NCBI RefSeq assembly: GCF_009914755.1 | Contig: NC_060926.1 | Direction: 5' to 3' (one strand) | DNA from: the human T2T-CHM13v2.0 reference genome, Homo sapiens | DNA: 64,000 nt | Shown here: in pieces, positions 1 through 12,801 of the stretch | Position numbering within the stretch: the first letter of the stretch is position 1 | Layout: every line of letters starts with the position of its first letter | The notes under the pieces: model-generated | Database searches by the model: none | The model's input: only the letters and a program-made list of their open reading frames with translations | Told to the model about the DNA's origin: nothing | Translations under genes and position numbers: made by a program

Positions 1-1090
1 TTGTTGCTTTCATGGAGCTAACTTACTTCTCTTAGTTGCTTATCATCAAAATCTCCACTGTTTTAGAGCGTTCACTTAGTCTTAAGCTTTCTCATACTGT
101 AAATAAAGTCAATTCCTTTGAAGGGAATCTTTAGAGCTCCCTGTTCTTATAGCCTGTTTCTCCCCTGGGTAAAACCTCTATGCCACTATTTCAGAGCTGG
201 GGGAAATAGCGGCTCACTTCTCTTAGAATGTCACCTCTCATTTACATTCAGTGTGTTGGGTAGCAGCGGCAGCTTCTGGTTTTCTTGGTTTGCATCTCCT
301 GTAGGGCATGGAACCTCTACCATACAAGTGAATTGGCATTAGGACAATTGGGGCCCTACTATTGTTGTCCTACTTCATTGAGATAGAGCCTCTACAAGTT
401 GGGGCTGGGTAGGGGAAGTGAACCCCTGATCTACATTTGCCTGGGATTTGGGTTCTGCAACACAGAGCTGGTGCGGAGAGAAGTGCTGCTGGCCTGCCCC
501 TTTCAGAGAGATACTGTCATCCTGAATGTATTAGTCGCTTCTCATACTACTATGCAGAACTGCCCGAGACGGGGTAATTTATAAAGAAAAGAGGTTTAAT
601 TGACTCACAGTTCCACATGGCTGGGGAGGCCTCAGGAAACTTACAATTATGGCAGAAGGTGTAGCAGGCACGTCTACGGCAGCAGGCGAGAGAGCCAATG
701 AAGGAAACCAAGGGGAAAGAGCCCCTTATAAAACCATCAGATCTCATGAGAACTCACTAACAATTGTGAGAACATCATGGGGGAAATTGCCAATCATCTC
801 CCACCAGGTATCTCCCTCAACAATTCAAGATGAGATTTGGGTGGAGACACAAAGCCTAACGATATAACTGAAGTAATAGCTAGGGGAAAAGGAACCCTGT
901 GTTCTTCACAATGCTTACCCAGGGTGGAGCTTCTGTCATGCTGGGCTGGTTGAGAAAGAGGAAGGGGGCAGGCTGTGGCTCAACTGCCACAGACTCTTGC
1001 TGTTCTTACCAAGATTTAGTCAATTTTATTGAATAAATATCTTTTCATTTTCTGTATGTGCTCAGAACAATTACCAGTGGCTTCAATTTT
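1..1090 (-). mobile_element. Old L1M-type 5' region remnant, interrupted by a THE1 LTR
   Basis: 985-1060 (ccacagactcttgctgttcttaccaagattt...) resembles 58380-58450, also read as an L1M 5' end; heavily decayed, boundaries approximate. Confidence 0.4.
527..867 (-). mobile_element. MaLR solo LTR, THE1D/MSTA-like
   Basis: tgtattagtc...aaagaaaagaggtttaattgactcacagttccacatggctggggaggcctcagg...cacaaagcctaacgatataa; perfect 5-bp TSD ctgaa (522-526, 868-872). Confidence 0.92.
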
Positions 1091-1101
1091 TAAAAAAAGA
1101 T

Positions 1102-1150
1102 TATATATATGTGTGTGTGTGTGTGTGTGCGTGTGTGTGTGTATGTGTGT
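1102..1150. repeat. (TA)n(TG)n compound microsatellite
   Basis: Directly visible. Confidence 0.97.
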
Positions 1151-1442
1151 TTTGGATGTAGCTTTACAATATATATCAGAAGTCTCCATGTTTTTTGACC
1201 CAGTAGTTATATATCTAGGAACTTATACTAAGGATATTAAAATACAAAAGTTTATGAATAATATTATAATTATTTTTAATAGAGAAAAATAAAACAACCT
1301 AAAGATAGCAATAGTAGAGTGGACAAATAAATTATTACGCATTTATAGAAGCTAAGAATCTTACTCCCCAAGCTCTTTGATACAGAAGAGATGTCATAAT
1401 TCTTCCCCCTTCCCGTTGTCTTATTGTGGTAAATATACATAA

Positions 1443-1757
<315 letters not shown>

Positions 1758-2059
1758 AACTGTTTTTAAGTATACAGTTCAGTAGCATGAAATACATTCA
1801 TATTATTGTGCAACCATCACCATCATCCATCTTTAGAACACTTTTCATTTTGCAAAACTGAATGCATTAAACAATAACTCCCCATTCCCCAGATCCTGGC
1901 AACCACCCTTCTACTTTCTGATTCTGTTCTTTAACTACTCTAAATACCTCATGTAAGTGCAATCATACAGTATTTTTATTTTTGTGACTGGCTTATTCCA
2001 CTTAGCATAATGTGCTTGAGATTCATTCATGTTGTAGCATGTTTCAGAATTTTCTTCCA

Positions 2060-2361
2060 TTTTTTTTTGAGAGAGTCTTACTCTTGTCACCCAAGCTGGG
2101 GTACAATGGTGCTATCTCGGCTCACTGCAACCTCCACCTTCTGAGTTCAAGTAATTCTCCTGCTTCAGCCACCTGAGTAGCCGGGATTACAGGCGCCTGC
2201 CACCATGCCCTACTAATTTTTGTATTTTTAGTAGAGATGGGGTTTAGTAGAGACCAGAACACTGTTGGTCATGCTGGTCTCGAACTCCTGACCTCAGGAG
2301 ATCTGTCTGCTTCGGCCTCCTAAAGTGCTGAGATTACAGGTGTGAGCCACCACACTCAGCC
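2060..2361 (-). mobile_element. Alu (AluSq/Sx-like)
   Basis: Full dimer; small internal duplication of tttagtagaga near 2227-2254. Confidence 0.95.
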
Positions 2362-3915
2362 TTCCTCTTTAAAGCTGAATAATATTTCATTCTATGGATA
2401 CACTACCTTTTAGTTATTCATTCATGTATCAAAGGACATTTGGGTAGCTTCTATTTTTTGGCTATTGTGAATGATGCTCTTATGAACATTGTTGTACAAA
2501 TGTGTTCCAGGCCCTGCTTTCAATTGTTTTAAGTAGATATATGAATGTAGAATTGCTAGATCATGTGGTAATTCTAATTTTGACTTTTTGAGGAACAACC
2601 AAACTGTTTTTCACAGTGGCTGCACCATTTTACATTCCAACTCCCAAGAGTTCCAATTTCTCCACATCACTAACACTTGTTATTTTATGGGTTTTGTTTG
2701 GTTTTGTTTGGTTTTGTAAATAATAGGCATCCTGATGGATACAAAATGGAATCTCGTTGATTGTGGTTTGATTTGCATTTCTCTAATGACTAATGAGGTT
2801 CAACATATTTTTGTGTGCTTATTTGTATATCTTTTTGGGACAAATGTCTATGTAAGTCTTGCCAATTTTTGAATAATTTTAATTTAATTTATTTTTTCTG
2901 AAATTAATTTCAAGACCAGCATGAGGAGAGCCCATTTTTGAATAATTTTGTTTTTTTGTTGTGTTTGTTGAGTTTTAAAAGTTTAAAAATGTGTATATTC
3001 TCAATATTAATCACTACCAGATCTACAACTTGCAAATGTTTCCTCTTATTCTGTGGGTCACCTCTTTACTCTGTTGACAGCATCTTTTGATGCACAAAAC
3101 TTTTTAATGTTCATAAAGTCCAATTTGTCTATTTTTTTCTTTTGTTGCCAGTACCTTTGGAGACATATTCAAGAACTCCTTGCCAAGTCCAATTTCATGA
3201 AGATTCTGCCCTATGTTTTCTCCTAAGAGTTTTATAATTTTAGGTCTTACATTTAGGTCTTCGATTCATTTTGAATTAATTTTTGTAGATGGTGTTAGGT
3301 AAGGATCCAGCTTCATTCTTTTGCATGTGGGTTTCCAGTTTTCCCAGCATGAATTTGATTCTTCTTTTCTTCTTTCTTAGTCAAGTCAGCTAAAAGCTTG
3401 TCGATTTTGTTGATATTTTCTAGAAGCCAACTTTTGGTTTTATTGATTTTCCTCTCTTGTTTTTCTATTGTCTGTTCTATCTCTGCTCTATAGATGTCAC
3501 AATTCTTTATTTGTCTAAACTCAAATTCAAGTCTACTCAGTCCTTTTCCTGCCAGGAGGGCAGAAAATTCAATGGTTTTTCCTGGAGTGCCCTGCTCCTG
3601 GGGTATGCTGCGCCATCAGGAAAACCCTCCAGCCTCCACCATGTGGTTAGCAGTGCTGACTTGCTCAGAGTTAAGGGCCCCCTGAATTGTGGTGCCTCTC
3701 TGTTTTCCTGCCCTTCAAAGAACAAGAGAATTTTTGTTGAGGGCTGGGGACTCTATTCACAGGGTTGACCCTCTTTAGGACGGTATGTGGTACTCTCTTC
3801 ACCGGCCCTGTCATAGCCACAGGTTTGCGTTCCCAGCTCCAGCTCTTACCTGGAGGAATCTCTCTCTCCCAGTCTGTCTCTGTCTTGCTCTTATACTCTC
3901 CTCTCTTCCTGGTAT

Positions 3916-3916
3916 A

Positions 3917-3968
<52 letters not shown>
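3916..3968. repeat. (CA)n microsatellite
   Basis: Directly visible, preceded by a CT-rich tract. Confidence 0.98.
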
Positions 3969-3972
<4 letters not shown>

Positions 3973-4619
3973 CACTGGAGATATCTGTGGCAGTGCTGGC
4001 AGTGGGGGATGCTGGACATCCTGTGCAGGGTGTCAGGAGTCCCAGGATACTTGTGCACCAGCCACATCCCAGCTTAGGACGTGGGGGTGAAGTTACCACC
4101 TCTGGCCCCTGGTGTCCTCCATTCCCAGACTCTCTAGCCAAAGATCATTTGCAGACCATTCACATTCATTCTTTGATTCACTTGTCCAGATTTCCCATAG
4201 GATGCATCCTGGTTCATTCCCTTGTTCCCTGGCCTTGAAGAGTCTGTCCAGAGAGCCAGATGGAGTGACATGGTGAACCACATGGGAGGCCCAGGAGCTG
4301 TAAGTCTCCTGGGTGGGTGACTCCACTGAGACCTGAGGGCCCTGAGCGGGGCAGGAGGAACTGATGAGGGACAGAGTTAGACAACAGCTGTAGCTGGGAG
4401 GAGGCTGGCAGGGAGGGTGGGAGGAGAGGAAGCCCAGGGGCTATGGTGTGGGGAACACAGCCTAAGCTCAGAGGGCTTCTTCCTCCTGTGTGGTCTGTGG
4501 GGCTGCAAAGGAAGGAATGAACCCGGAGTGTGAGCTCTCTTCTCCACAGCCTCATGTGACCCAGCTGGGCCTCGGCTCCTTCTCCTCCCTGCCCCGCCTG
4601 GTGCGCCACAAGCTTGTGC

Positions 4620-4790
4620 CTATTTAATATCAGTAGGCATAAATGATTTCTTATTGAATGTCATTTGCAAATCACTAGTTTGCTGCTCCTAACAGCACTT
4701 AATGTCAATTACTTTTTAAAAATACCAATTGAAAATCACTAGTTTGCAGTTCCAAGCCTCTCTTAATGCCAATTACTGCTCCGAGTGCCG
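4620..4790. promoter_or_regulatory. Candidate enhancer with duplicated 45-bp two-block motif
   Basis: AT-rich island in GC-rich unique DNA; aaatcactagtttgc-N14-cttaatgycaattact at 4669-4713 and 4733-4777. Confidence 0.5.
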
Positions 4791-5618
4791 GCAATGCTGT
4801 CTCTGGATGCTAGATATCTAAGCAGTGACTTGCTCTCATGTTCTCCATCTGGCCCCAGTTTCCTGGGGCGAACTGCCACCACCTTGCATTAACCTTCATG
4901 CCCTCTCACACACAAGGGGGCAGCACTCTCTCAGTGGGGCTTGCCCAGGAGAGGGTTCTTTGGGGGCTCAGAGAACCGGGGCTATGCTGGTCAGCACTGT
5001 GATGTGCCTGGCAGACCCCAGGTTACTTGGGAAGAGAGGCAGATGTTGGAGTCCTGCATGCCCATCCCCACTCCTGCCTCAGGCCCCAGCTCTCCAGGAT
5101 CAGTGCCCTCAGATTGCAGAGGGTGAAGCCGACCAGTACACCTGGTGTCACCTGGCTCCCAGCTCAGCGCTTCGGGCTGGAAGCTGATTGGGCCTCTCAC
5201 CAACTCGTGAATTTGGGCCAAGGGTGGGCTCTCACCTGTAAAGTGGAGAGTTTTTGCCTTGCCCTGGGGTGGCTTTGAGGACCATGTATGAAGGACCTAG
5301 GGAATTACCTGGCACAAAGGAAGTGGTGCATTGTGCTCTGAGGAGCAGCGGGAATAGGAGGATAGGCAGTGGCAGACATTGTGGTCTTTGTCATGGCTGT
5401 GGTTGTTCTCTGTCAGCATGTGAGGCTTCCCCTGGGCTGTCAGGGCAGGACCGAAGAGGAGCCTGGGTTCCTGAGAGAGAAGGGGTTGCCCCGGCACAAC
5501 AGGGTACGCAGTCCAGAGCACTCACCGTCAGCTGGGATCTAATCCCCACTCCATCCTGTGAGTTAATGGAGATGACCCGGAGGGAAAGCCTTTTCCCCAG
5601 AGAAATGCCGTGGCAGGT

Positions 5619-5712
5619 GGAGGAGAGGAGGAGCTGGAGCAGGAGGAGGAGGATAAACAGGGAGAGAGGAGAATGGGAAGAGAAATTGGGGAAGACAGGG
5701 AGAGGAAGGAGG
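5619..5712 (+). repeat. GA-rich low-complexity tract
   Basis: Purine-rich gga/gaga run. Confidence 0.8.
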
Positions 5713-6139
5713 TGTGAATATTCTCCTTTCTCTGATGCCTTGCCACGTCCCATCCAAGGTATGTCTGTCTTATGTTAGCAGGCAGATGAATAATGATGAG
5801 TTTCGGGGACAAAGATCTAATTTTCATCCTCAGAGAGAGGTGACACATTGGGGACAATGACCCAATTGGAAATGCTACATTGTGATTAATATGGAAATGT
5901 GTTTTCTATTATTAGCATATGGCAGGCTGAGGAGTGTGCAACGAGAGGCTGACAGATAGCCCTGCTGGCTGTGTGCTCTGGGGCTTCCAATGAGCTTTTC
6001 TGCCCTGTGAGGTTTGATGCCCAGCTCTCCAGGGCAGACATTCTGGTTTGCCACCAAGCCTCTTTTCTAGCCAGGAATGATGGCAGGTCTGAGGCTAAGG
6101 AGGAATGACCAGGCACTGGGACAAGAGGGAGGAGGTAGA

Positions 6140-6263
6140 TGTTCATTGAATCCTACAGTGGGCTGTGTGTAGCATTACCTCACTCAACCCTCACAGGAGC
6201 CAGGAAGGCAGAAGAGATGGTTACCATTCGCAGAAGATATATCTGAAGCTCAGAAAGGTTAGC
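6140..6263 (-). mobile_element. MIR fragment
   Basis: aaccctcaca...ccattcgcagaagatatatctgaagctcagaaaggtta resembles the antisense MIR core. Confidence 0.55.
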
Positions 6264-6264
6264 T

Positions 6265-6420
6265 CAGTGCTTCTCAAACTTGCTGTGCATCCAAAGCACC
6301 CGGAGATCACACTACGGTGCAGATTCTGCATCAGAGTGTCTGTGCAGGGCTGAGACTCTGCATCTACCCAGTGTCCTGGCAATGCAGGGGTTGCTGGTTT
6401 GCCAACACACTTACGCTAGG
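6265..6420. mobile_element. MER5A-like hAT-Charlie MITE
   Basis: cagtgcttctcaaactt...cagattctgcatcag...gggctgagactctgcatct. Confidence 0.65.
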
Positions 6421-6749
6421 GGGGACTTGGAAGATCCACCTGGGCCACACTGCTGCTTGCAGGGCAGAGCTGGGAAGGACCAGCTGTTGGCATAGGGAGG
6501 TGGGCAGGCCTGGCTGTGGAGGCCATGCTGTGCTGCTGAGATATTGGACTTTAATCCGTTGGCAACTTGGCCCCTGGGGGACGGTTAAGCCGCCAGCTGA
6601 CTGCAAAACCCACAAGGAAACCATGACTCCAGGTGCACAGCAAGGAGATACCCGCGAGGCTGCCTGCTGTGAACAGATCAAAGCTAAAGTTTTGGATGAG
6701 GGGTGGGAGGATGGAGATGAGAAGTGCTCTAATTCTCAAACGTCCTTTT

Positions 6750-7150
6750 AAAATTAGTTTTGAATGAAATTCATTGTGGCCCTAAAATGTACCCAAATTA
6801 AAGATATACTCAGTAATTTCGGCAAGTGTACACATCACACAGCCAGGAACACAATCGAGACAGAGCATTTCCAGCATCCTAGCAGTGCCCTTGCCCTCCC
6901 GCCCCTTCTAGTCATCAGACTAATGAACGACCTGCCTGCTTCATTCAGCTGTTTCTCCTTTTTGATTGCTGTGTAGTGTTTCATTGTTTGGCTATACCAC
7001 AGCTTGTTGATCATTTTCCTATGGATAGCTATTTGGATCTCTTCTAATTTTTGCCTATTTTAAATAAGCTTCCTATGAAGATTCACATAAAACTACTTTC
7101 ATGGACATATATTTTCATTCCTCTTGATTAAAATCGCTAGAAATGCAATT
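6750..7150 (-). mobile_element. L1ME-type 3' fragment
   Basis: attgctgtgtagtgtttcattgtttggctataccacagcttgttgatcatt...catggacatatattttcatt. Confidence 0.65.
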
Positions 7151-7219
7151 GCTGTGTGGTGTGGTAAGCAAATGCTCCATTTTCCTTTTTGAATTTCTTC
7201 AATTCTAATTTTTCTGTAA

Positions 7220-7950
<731 letters not shown>

Positions 7951-8039
7951 TCCCTGTGGCTGGGCTGGCAGAAAGGAGATTGCTGCTGGAGGAGGGTGAA
8001 GGACTGGATATGGAGGCTGTCTGCACACTCTTCATCATT

Positions 8040-8232
8040 CTGGTTGTTAATGATCTCTTTCTGTGTTTATCTGCATGCCCCCCCTCACTCACTGGAATAC
8101 AAGCCCGTGGGAATAGAAATTTTCTCTCATTGCCTCATCATAGCCATCCCTGTGCTTGGAACAGACTCAGGCACATGACAGACTCTTATTAAATATTTGT
8201 TAAATAACGAATACTTGAACGAGTGAATGAAT
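8040..8232 (+). mobile_element. L2 3' end
   Basis: caggcacatgacagactcttattaaatatttgttaaataacgaat...gagtgaatgaat. Confidence 0.65.
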
Positions 8233-8827
8233 TCAATAACCTCTGGTTCAGTGCCCTGTCCCTGGCACTATGATGGTTATTATTGTTACAAAGTGAAATA
8301 AGACACAGTTCTTCCTCCCAATGAGCTTCCAGGCATTGAGGAAGAGAGACAAGTAATCATGCCATGGCAAGTTCCATGACAGAAGAAAGCCAAGGCAGGA
8401 GGTGGATTACAGAGGAGCCCCCCGCCGGGCACTCTGCCAGGAAGGTTCTTCAGGAGTGACCCTGGATGGTGGTGGAGGACTTAGTGAGGTAGAGAAGGCT
8501 GGGGAGAGCAATTTCAGAAGCAGCAGCAGTCAGTGCAATTGCGTGGATGGCTAAGAGAGCACCGCAGGTTTGGCAAATTACAAGATGTGGGGAGCTCTGC
8601 AGAGACAGCTCATGACAGGGACTAAGGAGAAACTTTCAAATTTATCCTGATAACCAGTGGAGGATTTTGAGTGAAGCTAAAAGACTTGATCAAATTAGTG
8701 CTTTAGGAAAACAAAACCTTTGTTGGCTTTCCATTAAATATGGCAGCATCAACACCCCAACAAAACTCTCCTTCCTTTTCTATCTCCTCTACACGAACAG
8801 TGACAGAGTTTTAAAAATAACAAACTA

Positions 8828-9109
8828 GGCTGTGCACTGTGGCTCACGCCTATAATCCTAGCACTTTGGGAGGCCAAGGTGGGAAGATCACCTCAGGTCA
8901 GTAGTTCGAGACCAGCCTGGCCAACATGGCGAAACTCCGTCTCTACTAAAAATACAAAAAGAATTAGCTAGACTTGGTGGCAGGTGCCTGTCATCCTAGC
9001 CACTCGGGAGACTGAGAGAGGAGAATCACTTGAACCCAGGAGGCAGAGATTGCAGTGATCCTGCCTGGGTGACAGAGCAAGTCTTCATCTCAAAAAAAAA
9101 AAAAAAAAA
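8828..9109 (+). mobile_element. Alu (AluSx-like) with about 20-bp right-arm deletion
   Basis: Dimer with poly-A; ttgcagtga joined to tcctgcctgggt. Confidence 0.95.
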
Positions 9110-9179
9110 GCACAGACCAACATTCCTCAGAAAGTTTACAATGGAAAAGATGTGGTTAATCAAAGAGAGCAGCCAGAAT

Positions 9180-10130
<951 letters not shown>

Positions 10131-10944
10131 CATAAACCCACAGGGACAAAAATAACAAAATTTGGGGGACTGGAAAGCAGATGGTGAGTGGCAAGTGATG
10201 CTGCTCAGCTGAGAAAGCTGAATTTTTCATTGCAGAAGTAAAAGCCAAAAAGTAACTTGGTTTACATAGTAGGATCTCCAAGAGGCCAAGGAAAAGTACA
10301 AGGCACCTCTGGAAATTTACAAAACCAGAAGAAGCTTCTAAAAATGTATAATACTAGGAAATTTATAAAACCAAGAGAAGCTTCTGAAAAGGGGGAAAAA
10401 AACAGCCTCACAGATTTCATGCAAAGAATCAATATATAGAAAGCATCAGACATAGAAGCCAGAAGACAATAGAACAATAATTTCAAGAGCCAGAGAAAAT
10501 CACTTTCCAACCTAGAATTCTGTACCCAGCTAAACCATCAGTAAAGTTCACACTCGAATAAATACATCAAAATATTATATCCATGTGCCTTCTCTCAGGA
10601 AGCTCCTGGAGGTTGTGTAAAGAACTACACCAAAAAAGATCACAGTAATCCAGGAAGCAGGGATCCCCAGAATAATGGTTAAGGGAGAACCTGACACTAC
10701 AACTTTGCAACAGGCATAGAGAACAACCAGTCCAGGTTGGAGCAAGTCCCAGCAGACACTGGAAACCTACTAGACCTACCCAGATTCTCAAACAGATAAC
10801 ATAAGCACACAGAGAAAAGACTTCCTCCAACTGACTTTAAAATACAGTGTGTTGACTCTACGTTCTAAAAATAAAAAGAACACAGACATTTTAAGGAGCA
10901 ATTCAGTATCAATTGTTCGTAGTGTATTATTATTTGAAAGCTAT

Positions 10945-11332
10945 TGTATTAGACTGCTTAGGCTGCCATAACAGGCTACCACAGACTGGGTTAAAATGAT
11001 AGGAATTTTTTTCTCATAGTTCTGGAGGCTGGAAGTCCAAGATCAAGGTGCTGGTAGAGTTAGTTTCTCTGGAAGCCTCTCTCCTTGGCTTGCAGATGGC
11101 TGCCTTTTCATCGTGTTCTCACCTGGCCTTGCATCTGTGCATGTCCACTCCTGGAGTCTCTCTCTTTTCTCCTAAGATCACCAGTCTTATTGAGGAAGGG
11201 CCACACGATGACCTTATTTAACCTTAATTACTTCCTTAAAGGCCCTGTCTCCAAATGCTGTCACACTGAAGGTTAGGGTTTTGGCATATGGATTTGGGGT
11301 GGGGTGGGGAAGACACAATTAAATTCATAACA
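10945..11332 (-). mobile_element. MaLR solo LTR, MLT1A/B-like
   Basis: tgtattag...gctgccataaca...ttctggaggctggaagtccaagatcaaggtg...ataaca; ctat on both flanks. Confidence 0.88.
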
Positions 11333-12237
11333 CTATTATAAGTATACTGTATAAAACAGCAAATAGATAAATATGCCAATGTAATTAAGATTCAAGATTT
11401 TAGTATAAGAGAAATATAAAATCAAAGTAATTGAATAAAATTCTGTAGTATTAAATTAAAATTGGAAATACCAATTTGGACTCATGATTTCTTTTTCTAA
11501 AAATGTTTTCTTATCTGTCCACTGAAAAGGTCTAGAAACAATGACAAATCAGTAGCAATGAACATACTTAGTGCTCAGATTGTGGCCTCTGTACACTATA
11601 TTCCACTGAAAGAAACCAGAGTTATAGGAGAAATGTCTGATTCCATGTCTGGAGGAGGAAATTTACAAGATGAGCCCACGACTTCTTATTGTGTTAGAAA
11701 GCAGGGTAGTGATTCCAGGCTAGTGGGGTCATGTCAAAGGGACACAGGAGGCAGCTGGAAGGGCTTTCCCTAACCAAATCTAGAGCAATGAGAATACTGA
11801 ATATATAATATCTGCAATATATTAAATCACATCCAATAGATACAATCTATGAGTTCATAATCATACACAGGAAAAAACTCACTTGTGTCTTTGAGAGTTT
11901 ATTAGGGCATCAACTCATTACTCTGAGAGCAGACAATGAGAAAGAAATGGGCATTTATACCACCTTTCTTGTATGAACTGTATTTTAGGATAACAAAAAC
12001 AATTAAAGAGGAGCAGTTCTTTATAGAAAGACCTCATGGAAAAGGAATTATGGCTGTTTTAAAGTTGCTATTTTATCACATCTAATAGAAGAACCTAGGC
12101 AATGATCATCAGTTGGCAAAAAGATGATGGAGATTATAAGGAGGGATCAGGCTGGCCACCTGAGCTCACCAGGAAACCTTAGCACCACTGAAGGTGGGCA
12201 CCCTAGCACTGCGCGCTTCATGAATGACACATCAAGA

Positions 12238-12392
12238 CAGTGTTCCTGATGTTCCTGGTGAGTTTTTAAAAACATAGGCCTTGAAGCCCCACTCTCAGGT
12301 ATTTGGATTCAATTGGCCTGGCATGGGGTCTGAATCCTGGTGAACAGGAGCTCTGCAGGTGACTCCAACATATAGCCAGGATTGAGACCATC
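12238..12392. mobile_element. MER5-family MITE
   Basis: ggattcaattggcctggcatggggtctgaatc...caggtgactccaacatatagccaggattgagacca. Confidence 0.6.
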
Positions 12393-12470
12393 TCAACAGA
12401 AAATATGCAGCACAACCTATGAAGTCTTTATGCTTAATAAATGGAATTGAATCAAACCAAACCTCTACAG

Positions 12471-12620
12471 CAGTGGCTCTCAGATGTTAGTATGCATCAG
12501 AATTCCTGGAGGGCTTGTTAAAACAGATTGCTGGGCCCCACCCCTGAGGTTTCTGATGCAGCTGATCTTCACTGGGGCTGCAGGTGCTGCTGGTCCTGGA
12601 CCACATGCTGAGAAGGGCTG
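12471..12620. mobile_element. MER5A (internally deleted)
   Basis: cagtggctctcag...gcatcagaattcctggagggcttgttaaaacagattgctgggccccacccc...ggaccacatgctgagaagggctg. Confidence 0.8.
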
Positions 12621-12630
12621 CTCAGAGAGG

Positions 12631-12801
12631 AATGGTTTTCGATGTAAGTGCCCCTTGGAATCCCCTGGGGCACTTTACAAGACTGATGTTTGGGCCTCAT
12701 CTGGGGTTTTGATTTAATTGGCCTGGAGTGTGGCCTAGGCACTGGGATTTTAAGAAGCTCTCCAAGTGATTCTGATGTGCATCCTGGGCTGAGACTCACT
12801 G
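12631..12801. mobile_element. MER5-family MITE
   Basis: gatttaattggcctggagtgtggcctaggcactgggattttaagaagctctccaagtgattctgatgtgcatcctgggctgagactcactg. Confidence 0.75.

Noticed and set aside
617-629. PRDM9 hotspot motif in the THE1 LTR
   Set aside because: Reverse strand reads cctccccagccat, not matching CCNCCNTNNCCNC
3671-4238. 156/157-aa ORFs with HT/CV repeats
   Set aside because: Artefacts of the (CA)n microsatellite
4669-4777. Repeat-spacer-repeat pattern as a CRISPR-like array
   Set aside because: Only two units, eukaryotic context, no cas genes; treated as a regulatory duplication
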